Source: a virus (taxonomy: Duplodnaviria; Heunggongvirae; Uroviricota; Caudoviricetes). Taken from it: a stretch of 64,000 bases of DNA. The translations under genes were made by a program, and so were the position numbers. Of this stretch, positions 9,736 to 17,947 are shown in pieces. Within the stretch, counting starts at the first letter, position 1; the number at the start of each line of letters is the position of its first letter. The stretch lies in IMG/VR virus record IMGVR_UViG_2703718819_000006; one strand, given 5' to 3'. A model generated the notes under the pieces. The model saw only the letters and a list, made by a program, of their open reading frames with translations, was not told the DNA's origin and searched no databases.

Positions 9736-9990
9736 TCATTGTGATTGATTATTTTCTCTACCATGTAGTTGAACATTCAAGGCAAACACCTCATTGATCA
9801 ACTCACCTAAAAGCTGTTCAACAAGTTCGCGATGCTCGCCAAGATGCAAGCACTTAATTGCCCATTCGTACAAGTTGAAAGCCTGCTCACGATCTTTCAT
9901 CATTTCACGAGCCTGGGCCAGAAAATCGCTCTCTACGAGCGCAACGACATTAGTCGGGTATGACATGTTGGTTTCCTTAAAGTGGTTCAT
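9736..9990 (-). CDS. hypothetical protein
   Basis: ORF track. Confidence 0.4.
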   Translation of the reverse strand: MNHFKETNMSYPTNVVALVESDFLAQAREMMKDREQAFNLYEWAIKCLHLGEHRELVEQLLGELINEVFALNVQLHGRENNQSQ

Positions 9991-10071
9991 AAAATCGATT
10001 TTAAAGCGTCTGGGAAGGGGTTCTAGTGGATTCTGTAGTGATGTTCAGGTCTGGAGTCTCTGATACAAAAC

Positions 10072-10130
10072 AGCCTGCTTCCGTATATTAATAATTAATA
10101 TGTAGTTATTTATATATACAGAAGCAGGCT
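10072..10130 (-). terminator. long AT-rich-loop hairpin (17-bp stem), probable intrinsic terminator; near-identical copy at 58388..58443
   Basis: Arms agcctgcttccgtatat / atatacagaagcaggct; fully paired (one G-U) when read as minus-strand RNA, followed by U-rich tract. Confidence 0.4.
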
Positions 10131-10151
10131 AATTACAGACGCCAGAACAAA

Positions 10152-10745
10152 CTAAGCAACCTTCTTTGATGGTCTTTTTTTCCTGATCACATTCGCAGGA
10201 TCATACCCTCCCAGACTTTTCATGACGTCCAAAGGGATCTTGCTTATAGAGTGCCCAGCGTCCTGACAGAATCCTCGAAAAACAACGAGCATACTGCCAC
10301 CTGGGTTGATGTTTACTTCTACCTGACCCAGATTGACGTCAGGCTCGACAAACGCTACGCGGCCACCAGACAGAATAATCGTCTCATTCGCACACTCTGT
10401 TGCACGCTCATACCACTTTGTATCTAGGGATTGAGGAATTAGCATCACTGTTGTAACTCCGCGAGCCTGCTCACGTATAGCAGCATCAATCCAGGGGGAG
10501 ATTTTGGAGTAGGGTGGATTGAGGAAGGCAATTGTACCTGGCTGTCCCCATTCAGATTTCAAAGCATCACGCTCAATGCCTATGAAATTAGGCAGCTTTG
10601 CGTTGTCCTTGTTGCAGGCAACGTCAACATCAAATGTCACTCCAAGATAACGTTGAATGGCAGAAAACAGCCAATCAGGTGTTCTCCAGAGGTCACGAAG
10701 AGAGTTGTCGCGCTTTCGCTGTTTGATTTTTTCGGCTGCAATCAT
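10152..10745 (-). CDS. phage Dam-like N6-adenine DNA methyltransferase
   Basis: WRTPDWLF, FDVDVACN and NPPYS motifs characteristic of the small phage N-6-adenine methyltransferase family. Confidence 0.7.
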   Translation of the reverse strand: MIAAEKIKQRKRDNSLRDLWRTPDWLFSAIQRYLGVTFDVDVACNKDNAKLPNFIGIERDALKSEWGQPGTIAFLNPPYSKISPWIDAAIREQARGVTTVMLIPQSLDTKWYERATECANETIILSGGRVAFVEPDVNLGQVEVNINPGGSMLVVFRGFCQDAGHSISKIPLDVMKSLGGYDPANVIRKKRPSKKVA

Positions 10746-10812
10746 CTTCTTTCTCGATAGGTAAGTGATTACCTATTTTTGCATTTGATTTTATGTATGG
10801 CAATGAAATAAA

Positions 10813-10853
10813 ACGCGCCAGAAATGCAAACGAGAAGCTCTCTGGCGCGTTTT
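10813..10853 (-). terminator. rho-independent terminator candidate
   Basis: Inverted repeat cgcgccagag...ctctggcgcg followed by U-run on minus strand. Confidence 0.5.
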
Positions 10854-10928
10854 TGTGGTGCTGGGTATGTGATTGGCTTACCCAGCACTATAAAGCTCTC
10901 TATGGGCTTTATTTTCAGTAGGGGAACG

Positions 10929-11738
10929 TCATCCAATAGTGTACTCCGCGACAAACTTCTTAACGATCGGTGATTCTTCGTTCAATGTTAGATTTCCACC
11001 GTCTCTAACGGCAATTCCTGTCGCTGGAAATACAGCCATCATTTGCCCAGCCTGAGTTGACGCAGTGTTAAGCGGATACGGTTTTTCTGGATTGCTCATT
11101 AAAGCAATCTTAATACTATTACTTGTAGCCTTCTTTTCTGTGAGAAGGTGTCTCATGGAAATTACCGTGTAAACACTAATATCTGGACCTCCGCTAAACC
11201 AATTAAGAAGGTTTAATATCTTATCCTTTGCTTTGACAGGCGCGTTATCGTAAGCGTCTAAGAAAATATCTTTTTCTAAGCCCGCTTTATTGAAAAACGA
11301 ATCATCTTTATCACTTAAAGTAAAACGAGGACCTCTTGCAGTACGAGCTTTTTTATTTGTATTGCTATCATTTGACTGTTGAACTTTTAATTCATCATTA
11401 ACCTCAACACACTCTTCAACCTCAATAAATCCCAATTGTTCTGGCTCGTTTTCGGCAGCTTCAACACTTTCAGCGTTAATTACGTTTATAGGCTCATGCG
11501 CTAACTCCAACTCATTTAAAGCGGAGCTGAAATCACCTGCTTTTTCTTCATTGAACAGTTCTTCGGCAACATCATCAGGACTCATGGCTACGCCAGCATC
11601 GAGGCCGAGAAGCAGATCGTCAATATCATCAGTATTTTCAACCTGTGCAGCTTTTTTTACTGGTTCATCAAGTGATTGCAGCATGGCTGTCAGCTCATCC
11701 AGATCATCATTTGTCATTACATTTTCAACCGAACTCAT
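10929..11738 (-). CDS. hypothetical acidic protein
   Basis: ORF track; AAGGAGA RBS. Confidence 0.5.
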   Translation of the reverse strand: MSSVENVMTNDDLDELTAMLQSLDEPVKKAAQVENTDDIDDLLLGLDAGVAMSPDDVAEELFNEEKAGDFSSALNELELAHEPINVINAESVEAAENEPEQLGFIEVEECVEVNDELKVQQSNDSNTNKKARTARGPRFTLSDKDDSFFNKAGLEKDIFLDAYDNAPVKAKDKILNLLNWFSGGPDISVYTVISMRHLLTEKKATSNSIKIALMSNPEKPYPLNTASTQAGQMMAVFPATGIAVRDGGNLTLNEESPIVKKFVAEYTIG

Positions 11739-11896
11739 GTAAGTCTCCTTCTGTTTAGTTGCATTTGCGTTTCGATGGCTACATTTTGACTAAACCTATC
11801 AGGCGGAAAAGTATTAAATACAGGCAGTAAATGATTGAAAGGCGACTGTTCTTTAAAAGAAAGCCTACTTTAAACTTTTTAAAGTAGGCTTTTGTT

Positions 11897-12454
11897 TTAC
11901 ACAATTTCAGAGGGTAATTTAAAAAATCCGTACTTATTACGTGCCTTAAAGAAGCATTGCATCATTAAGTTTGTGTCATATAAGGCACTATGTGCTTTGG
12001 CATGATCGTATATAAAGCCAAGAGAGAAGGCCAACTCTTCAAGGCGGGGACGTTTACCGTCTTCTGTGGCCCAAAATCCCGATAACATAGTATCTATAAC
12101 AGGAACTTCTGGCAGTCTTACTCCATACCCTGAAAACTCGTGTCGAATAAATGGTATATCAAATGCTTCGCCGTTATGAGCAACCCACACACTACATGCC
12201 CCCATATAAGCGCCAATTTCGCTGGCATGATTTGACAACAAAGGTTCAGCTGCGAGCTGTTCCAATGAAATGCCATGAACGGCTTGAGCTTTCGGATCTA
12301 TGTTTCTGCGAGGGTTAAAACGCATCTCCAGACTATCAATATGTCTCTGTGTCTCCAGTTCATAGCGGGTAATTGCGATTTCAATAATTTTATGACCAGC
12401 AAGGAAATCCAGTCCCGTAGACTCGATATCGATGCCTGCAACAATCGTTGTCAT
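11897..12454 (-). CDS. DnaQ-like (DEDDh) 3'-5' exonuclease
   Basis: GIDIESTGL exo I motif, HNGEAFDIPF exo II, C-terminal H/D motif; AAGGAG RBS. Confidence 0.75.
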   Translation of the reverse strand: MTTIVAGIDIESTGLDFLAGHKIIEIAITRYELETQRHIDSLEMRFNPRRNIDPKAQAVHGISLEQLAAEPLLSNHASEIGAYMGACSVWVAHNGEAFDIPFIRHEFSGYGVRLPEVPVIDTMLSGFWATEDGKRPRLEELAFSLGFIYDHAKAHSALYDTNLMMQCFFKARNKYGFFKLPSEIV

Positions 12455-12463
12455 CAGAACTCC

Positions 12464-12883
12464 TTACAACTTCTTAGCGCCCTTAAGTAGTGCGCTACGT
12501 ACAAATTGAGCCGCTTTTTTCAAAGTTTCTTCACTGGTTTCACAGACAATCGGATCTTTCCACTTACCTGACACAGTGTTGAGAATATTGATTTGGTTGC
12601 TATCCAGACAAACAGAGATATAAAGCACCGTGCCACCAGCCAGCATCAAATGCATAGGAAACAGAGGCTTTTTACTGCCTTCACTGAACTGAGACATGGC
12701 GATGTTAATGGCTTCACCCACTTGTGTACCAACAAGCCCCTGCGCAGTTTCGAATATGGCACGAATAGCCAGACGAGCCTCTCGATCGCTCATAAGCGAC
12801 CGGGAATGTTCGTCCGCTACACGAATCAAAGCCTCTGTTGTTTTCCGATCCAGTTCATCTTCAAGCAACATTTCACTAAACAT
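12464..12883 (-). CDS. hypothetical protein
   Basis: ORF track. Confidence 0.5.
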   Translation of the reverse strand: MFSEMLLEDELDRKTTEALIRVADEHSRSLMSDREARLAIRAIFETAQGLVGTQVGEAINIAMSQFSEGSKKPLFPMHLMLAGGTVLYISVCLDSNQINILNTVSGKWKDPIVCETSEETLKKAAQFVRSALLKGAKKL

Positions 12884-12944
12884 TTTTTATCCTTAACCCA
12901 TTTTGAGAGTTTTATTGTCGCAATGTCGAAGAGGCGAACAATTT

Positions 12945-13589
12945 CTAATGAACGGTCACTCGGCCACAGAACCGGTTTTCTATCTTTTCTACAGCGTTAT
13001 CTAGCATTCTCATCACTGATCTGGCTCTTGCTTCAACTGTGCGATACCGGTTGGAAACGACGAAGGTTTGCAGATCTCCCCTTTGCGGATGCAGGTGAAT
13101 TTTTGTCAGTTCCCCGCACATCAACGCATCAATACGAGCGACATACAGACGGTCTAATGATGCTCGTTGTGACCGCAAGTAATCTCGCTCTGAGAGAGCG
13201 ACCACCGGGCGTAGGCCAGCAATGGCGTTAAAGTTTGAAATAGCAGTTTTGTGGCAAAACTTTTCGATATCGAGGGCTAACTCAATACATCGATCTTCAT
13301 TGGTATGGCCGACCAAATCCAACGTGTAGGCCATAACATCAGCAGGTGTGCGATCGATAACAAAGCCTTCAGCACCACGCGTAAGTAGCTCTATATGCTT
13401 TGCTATTTCCATTTGAATCTGAAGCCGCTCATATAGAGGCATAGAATCACCTACTCGAACACCGAGGCGGCTCATCAAACTTCCGACACCAGCATCCACG
13501 TAAGGGATTCCGTAATGTTTGTCGATATATTTAGCCAGGGTTGTTTTCCCACTGCCCTGAGCACCAGTGATCCCAATCCGGTAATCCAT
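12945..13589 (-). CDS. P-loop NTPase, putative nucleotide or nucleoside kinase
   Basis: Walker A GITGAQGSGKTT at N-terminus; position among nucleotide-metabolism genes. Confidence 0.5.
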   Translation of the reverse strand: MDYRIGITGAQGSGKTTLAKYIDKHYGIPYVDAGVGSLMSRLGVRVGDSMPLYERLQIQMEIAKHIELLTRGAEGFVIDRTPADVMAYTLDLVGHTNEDRCIELALDIEKFCHKTAISNFNAIAGLRPVVALSERDYLRSQRASLDRLYVARIDALMCGELTKIHLHPQRGDLQTFVVSNRYRTVEARARSVMRMLDNAVEKIENRFCGRVTVH

Positions 13590-14065
13590 TACGACCTTCT
13601 GTATACGATCTGCGAAAAGCCAGGCTCTTCCTCGCTGGCTCGTTGGGTATAAGCTGTTTCAACAGGCACAAAGCCTAAATTACGCATCATGCTTGCCGGG
13701 AAGAATGCATCGGCGTTTGGCACATCAACGCCGATGTGGGAGAGCCAAATCTCTTCAACATGCGGCATGAATAGCGAGTAAATTTGTTCCCCGCCAATCA
13801 CCCACACAGGCTCTGGTAATCGCAACACATCATCCACACCAGCAGGGTAGAATCCATTTGGTACAAAGCCATGAGAGCGCGTCAAAACGAGGTTATGACG
13901 CTCTGGAAGAGGGCGTTTGAGACTTTCCATCGTTTTACGCCCCATAACGACAGTGGCGTTTTTGGTGAGTCTCTTAAATAGCTTCAGATCGGTAGAACAA
14001 CGCCAGGGCAGTTCGTTCGCTATGCCGATCTCATAGTTACGGCCAACAGCAGCTATCATCTTCAT
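13589..14065 (-). CDS. folA: dihydrofolate reductase
   Basis: MIAAVGRNYEIG..LPW..DLKLFK..T..VVMGRKT..S..RPLP.R.N.VLTR pattern of DHFR. Confidence 0.8.
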   Translation of the reverse strand: MKMIAAVGRNYEIGIANELPWRCSTDLKLFKRLTKNATVVMGRKTMESLKRPLPERHNLVLTRSHGFVPNGFYPAGVDDVLRLPEPVWVIGGEQIYSLFMPHVEEIWLSHIGVDVPNADAFFPASMMRNLGFVPVETAYTQRASEEEPGFSQIVYRRS

Positions 14066-14475
14066 TTGCTCACCTCATAGATGACCGGTCTATGATGAGA
14101 GTCAGCTAAAGCGGCACGGAGTCGAGGATCGTGCACCAGCGCAGCGATAAGCAGATCGCCTTTATGCTCCGCTAATGTGCGCTTAATATGCTTCTCATAA
14201 CTAGTGCTATTCGGTACGAGGTGAAGCCAGTCGTAATCAACACCAAAATCTTTCAGCCATCGTTTAGTGGGCGCTTCAAGAGTTTCAGAGCGGCTACTGA
14301 TAAGCACCACTTCAGCCCCTGAGCGAGCAAAACCACGCAACATACGGCTGGTGGGGAAAATGAGTTCATCACCGGCAATGAATTGGCCTGCATCCGAGTC
14401 AGATACAGATTTACGATGGCTGGTATTTGCCAGCACACCTTCAATTTCGCATAAGACATACATACCTCTTGCCAT
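14062..14475 (-). CDS. hypothetical protein
   Basis: ORF track 14062..14571; internal ATG at 14475 lies directly after the thyA stop. Confidence 0.4.
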   Translation of the reverse strand: MARGMYVLCEIEGVLANTSHRKSVSDSDAGQFIAGDELIFPTSRMLRGFARSGAEVVLISSRSETLEAPTKRWLKDFGVDYDWLHLVPNSTSYEKHIKRTLAEHKGDLLIAALVHDPRLRAALADSHHRPVIYEVSK

Positions 14476-14476
14476 A

Positions 14477-15580
14477 TCACACCGCCACTGGAACCTTGAT
14501 CCACGGTAGAGGGGCATAGCCAAGAATAAGAATCTCGTCCCATTTGAAATCATCCAGCTCAGACCATTCATTAGGGAATATAACGACCGGATCTGAATGC
14601 TCTGGAGCCTGTCGTTGCATTAGCTCACACACACCTTCCATGTGGTTGTTGTACAAATGCACGTCAAAGCCAAAATGCACAAATGCACCGGCCATGTGAC
14701 CCGTAATCTTCGCGAGAAAATGAGTGAGAATGCCATAGCCAGCAATATTGAATGGCATACCAACAAAAGTGTCTACGCTACGCTGTACGAGGCAGGAGTT
14801 GAGGATGCGTTTGGGGATTCCAAGTTCATCCAGTTCAGTTTCAGTAACACTGCCGTCCATCTCCAGATCGTATAGCATCTTGGTGTAGATAGACTCATAA
14901 CCGAGGCGACTGTGTTGAAGACCAATGTCAGTTGCCATCGTTAAACGGGTTTCAAAATCCAGTTCACGACTCCACAAAGAGAAGACAAAGTGGCAAGGTG
15001 GCAGTTTCATATCCTCAAGCTCGCCTACGTTCCATGCGTTAAGCATGATGCGACGATCGGTAGGGTTCGTGCGCAGTGTATCGACAATACGCTGTAGCTG
15101 ATCGATTTCACGGGACAGCACTACGCGATCTTCACTGATACCCAGGTATCCCTCGACTTTGTACCCGCGTTCACGGAAAGTAGCGATCTTGCTCAGATAT
15201 TCACTATGGCTCACGATGCGGGTATCTTCCCATCGACGCCACTGCTTACCGTAAACCGGCCCCAAATCGCCATTCTCATCGGCCCATGCATCCCAAATCT
15301 TAACGCCGTTATCCTTGAGAAATTGGATGTTGCCCGTGCCTTTCAGATACCACTCAAGTTCGACAAGCAGTGGCTTAAGATTTACCGCCTTTCCAGAAAT
15401 AAGCGGCACAGTCCCACCAGTAAGCATGTAGTAAGAGGGAACGTAGCAGGTGCTTAAAGTACCAGTGCCTGTGCGATCATCAGCCTGCACGCCGCTTTTA
15501 AGCACCGTCTCAATAACTTTTGCATACGATGCGTTTGTTACCTGACCGTTCGTATGCTCACGATTCAAAAGGAGTGACAC
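14477..15580 (-). CDS. thyA: thymidylate synthase (ThyA type) with ~50 aa internal insertion
   Basis: DRTGTGT, PPCH active-site motif, GMPFNIAGY; ORF track start 15607 is GTG, a GTG at 15580 has better GAGG RBS (start uncertain). Confidence 0.8.
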   Translation of the reverse strand: MSLLLNREHTNGQVTNASYAKVIETVLKSGVQADDRTGTGTLSTCYVPSYYMLTGGTVPLISGKAVNLKPLLVELEWYLKGTGNIQFLKDNGVKIWDAWADENGDLGPVYGKQWRRWEDTRIVSHSEYLSKIATFRERGYKVEGYLGISEDRVVLSREIDQLQRIVDTLRTNPTDRRIMLNAWNVGELEDMKLPPCHFVFSLWSRELDFETRLTMATDIGLQHSRLGYESIYTKMLYDLEMDGSVTETELDELGIPKRILNSCLVQRSVDTFVGMPFNIAGYGILTHFLAKITGHMAGAFVHFGFDVHLYNNHMEGVCELMQRQAPEHSDPVVIFPNEWSELDDFKWDEILILGYAPLPWIKVPVAV

Positions 15581-15663
15581 AAAAACCTCACAAAGATAAG
15601 TAACCACTTATTCATTAAGTGAGTTTACATTTATTGAGGGAACAAGGCCAGATAGATAAAAAA

Positions 15664-15682
15664 ATGGTGGCCATAGGCCACC
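15664..15682 (-). terminator. rho-independent terminator
   Basis: tggtggcc ata ggccacca hairpin followed by U7 on minus strand. Confidence 0.65.
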
Positions 15683-15751
15683 AAAAACGAATAGTTGTTT
15701 CAGAAATTTAACGCGCCAGCGCAATATACACAGATAGATAACTACCTACAA

Positions 15752-16621
15752 TTATTTTTTGATCATTCCGTACATTGCTGAGGCTTTAGCTTGCTCAACA
15801 AAGGAGGATAAATCGACATCACTATAGGTTGGAGACTTCAGAATCTTTCCATCGGAAATTCGAAAACCGATCATCTTATCGGTGCCATCAGCATGGCGAA
15901 ATCCCAGGTCAGAAGAGTCGTATTTGCAGTTGGCCACAGCATGGCGACGCTCTTCGGCATCTGCAGGCCATAATTTTGTCATGTTGGACCGATGAATTTC
16001 GCCAACCAGCTCGACGACATTGATACCGAGAAAATCAGCCAGTCGATAAGTCATCATGCACGCCACATAGATTTTGTTCATTACACGGCGCAGTTCCTGA
16101 ATCAGCTCAGAATCCTTAACAGTCTTCTTCTCAAGTTTATCTGCCAGCTCTTCGAGCATACATGACGCCTCACGAGCTTCCTGAAATGGCATTGCCATAT
16201 CATCGAAAACAGTGTTACCAGGCACAAAAATTGTCTGCATAAAGCGATCAATGCTCTGTTCCTGCGTGTAATAAGTCATGCCGGTAGAAATACCACCTTT
16301 GATGGCGACCATCGTACCAACACCAACGTATAAAAAGTCGGCCATTGCATCCAGCAGTTGCTCAATATCCCCATTCATTGCGGCTGGAATACCTTCCACT
16401 ACAGCTTCTTCATGAATCAGGCTTGCACGGAGACGAAGCAGCTCTGGTGTCGGCATAACGCGTCTCGGATGCTGGAAGAGTTCATGAAACTGATCGACCA
16501 TCTTGTAAATACTTTCAGTGGCTACACCATGGCCTTCATGCAATTCATATGGTTCTGGCTTAAATCCAATGAGTCGATCGGTGGCAAGTTTCAGGTGGTC
16601 AGTCAGTTTGGTAAAGTTCAT
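15752..16621 (-). CDS. putative all-alpha NTP pyrophosphohydrolase (MazG or dimeric-dUTPase-like), uncertain
   Basis: Acidic EExxE-type helical motifs; location between thyA and nrdB; weak assignment. Confidence 0.4.
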   Translation of the reverse strand: MNFTKLTDHLKLATDRLIGFKPEPYELHEGHGVATESIYKMVDQFHELFQHPRRVMPTPELLRLRASLIHEEAVVEGIPAAMNGDIEQLLDAMADFLYVGVGTMVAIKGGISTGMTYYTQEQSIDRFMQTIFVPGNTVFDDMAMPFQEAREASCMLEELADKLEKKTVKDSELIQELRRVMNKIYVACMMTYRLADFLGINVVELVGEIHRSNMTKLWPADAEERRHAVANCKYDSSDLGFRHADGTDKMIGFRISDGKILKSPTYSDVDLSSFVEQAKASAMYGMIKK

Positions 16622-16698
16622 GCTAGTTTTGTTCCTTCTTAATTCTTGTGATCCATTGTGGCCCAGCGTTGCCAGGCCACATAATGCTTTGTATCGGT

Positions 16699-17841
16699 TT
16701 ACAGGTCTGCAAACTGGCTTAGAGAAGCCTTATCCACGGTAGAATCGATCTGACCTACCAGATATGTGCTTTGCTCTGCCTCTTGTGGTGCAATTTGCAG
16801 TGTGTCGGTTAACAACCACTTGTTCATCCAGACCAGCGGATCAGTGGTAACTTCTGGAAATAAAGCCTTCAGGCCAAGACGATTCATAGCCAGATTGGTG
16901 CGGTATTTTACATAGGTTTTGAGAATATCCGCGTTTAAACCAATCATCGAACCGTCTTTGAAGAGATAGTCGGCCCAGTTCATTTCTTGTTCGGCGACTG
17001 ATTTCATGGTGTCGTAAATGACGTTTTCTTCATCAGCAGCAATCTCTTTCCACAATAAACCTTCGCGACCGGTACGCATGAAGCGGATCATGCGTTCAGT
17101 TCCTTCGCAATGCAGAGCTTCATCACGGGCAATAAAGCGCATAATTTTGGTGTTACCCTCAAGCAACTTCCGTTCACCAAAGGCAAACGTACATGCAAAA
17201 CTTACGTAGAAACGGATCGCCTCAAGCGCATTAATGGACACCAACGTGCGGAAAAGCTGACGATGCAAAGGGTATGGCTCCCAGCCATATTCATTTACGT
17301 ACAGACGCTCAAATTCCTTCTCACCTAACGACTGGCGCTCGCAGGTCATCCCATAAAGCCTGTCATATTCAGCAGAGATACTGATCGCTCGGTTGATGAT
17401 TTCTTCATCCGTAACAATACCGTCAAAAACAATACTCGGATCGTCCACCATGCCACGAATAATGTGGGTGTAGCTGCGGCTATGGATAGTCTCAGAGAAA
17501 GACCACGTTTCAACCCACGTTTCCAGTTCAGGAATAGAGATAAGCGGCAGCAGCGTTGCATTTGGACTACGTCCCTGAACTGAATCGAGTAACGTTTGAT
17601 AACGGAGATTGCTCAGAAAAATGTGACGTTCGTGGTCCCGCAGCTTCGTGTTGAAGTCGATACGATCGCTCGAAATATCAACTTCTTCCGGCCGCCAGAA
17701 GAAAGACAATTGACGTTCAATCAACTTTTCAAAATCACGGTATTTTTGCTGATCGTAACGTGCCACGTTGACAGATTGTCCGAGGAACATAGGCTCTTTG
17801 GTTGCATCATTAGCACCCAAACGGAACGTTGAATATGACAT
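16699..17841 (-). CDS. nrdB: ribonucleotide reductase class Ia beta subunit
   Basis: Near-collinear with enterobacterial NrdB ([42 protein letters not shown]). Confidence 0.95.
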   Translation of the reverse strand: MSYSTFRLGANDATKEPMFLGQSVNVARYDQQKYRDFEKLIERQLSFFWRPEEVDISSDRIDFNTKLRDHERHIFLSNLRYQTLLDSVQGRSPNATLLPLISIPELETWVETWSFSETIHSRSYTHIIRGMVDDPSIVFDGIVTDEEIINRAISISAEYDRLYGMTCERQSLGEKEFERLYVNEYGWEPYPLHRQLFRTLVSINALEAIRFYVSFACTFAFGERKLLEGNTKIMRFIARDEALHCEGTERMIRFMRTGREGLLWKEIAADEENVIYDTMKSVAEQEMNWADYLFKDGSMIGLNADILKTYVKYRTNLAMNRLGLKALFPEVTTDPLVWMNKWLLTDTLQIAPQEAEQSTYLVGQIDSTVDKASLSQFADL

Positions 17842-17947
17842 GTGTTTTTCCTTTTTCTTTTTTGGTGCGTTTAAACAAGTTGTTATCTTATGTGTTTAAA
17901 CAAGGCTTACAAATCAAAGAGAAGGTGGGGATATCCCCCACCATATG

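Noticed and set aside
10769-10954. ORF 10769..10954 (-)
   Set aside because: Spans the terminator hairpins and palindromic motif of an intergenic region; no coding features
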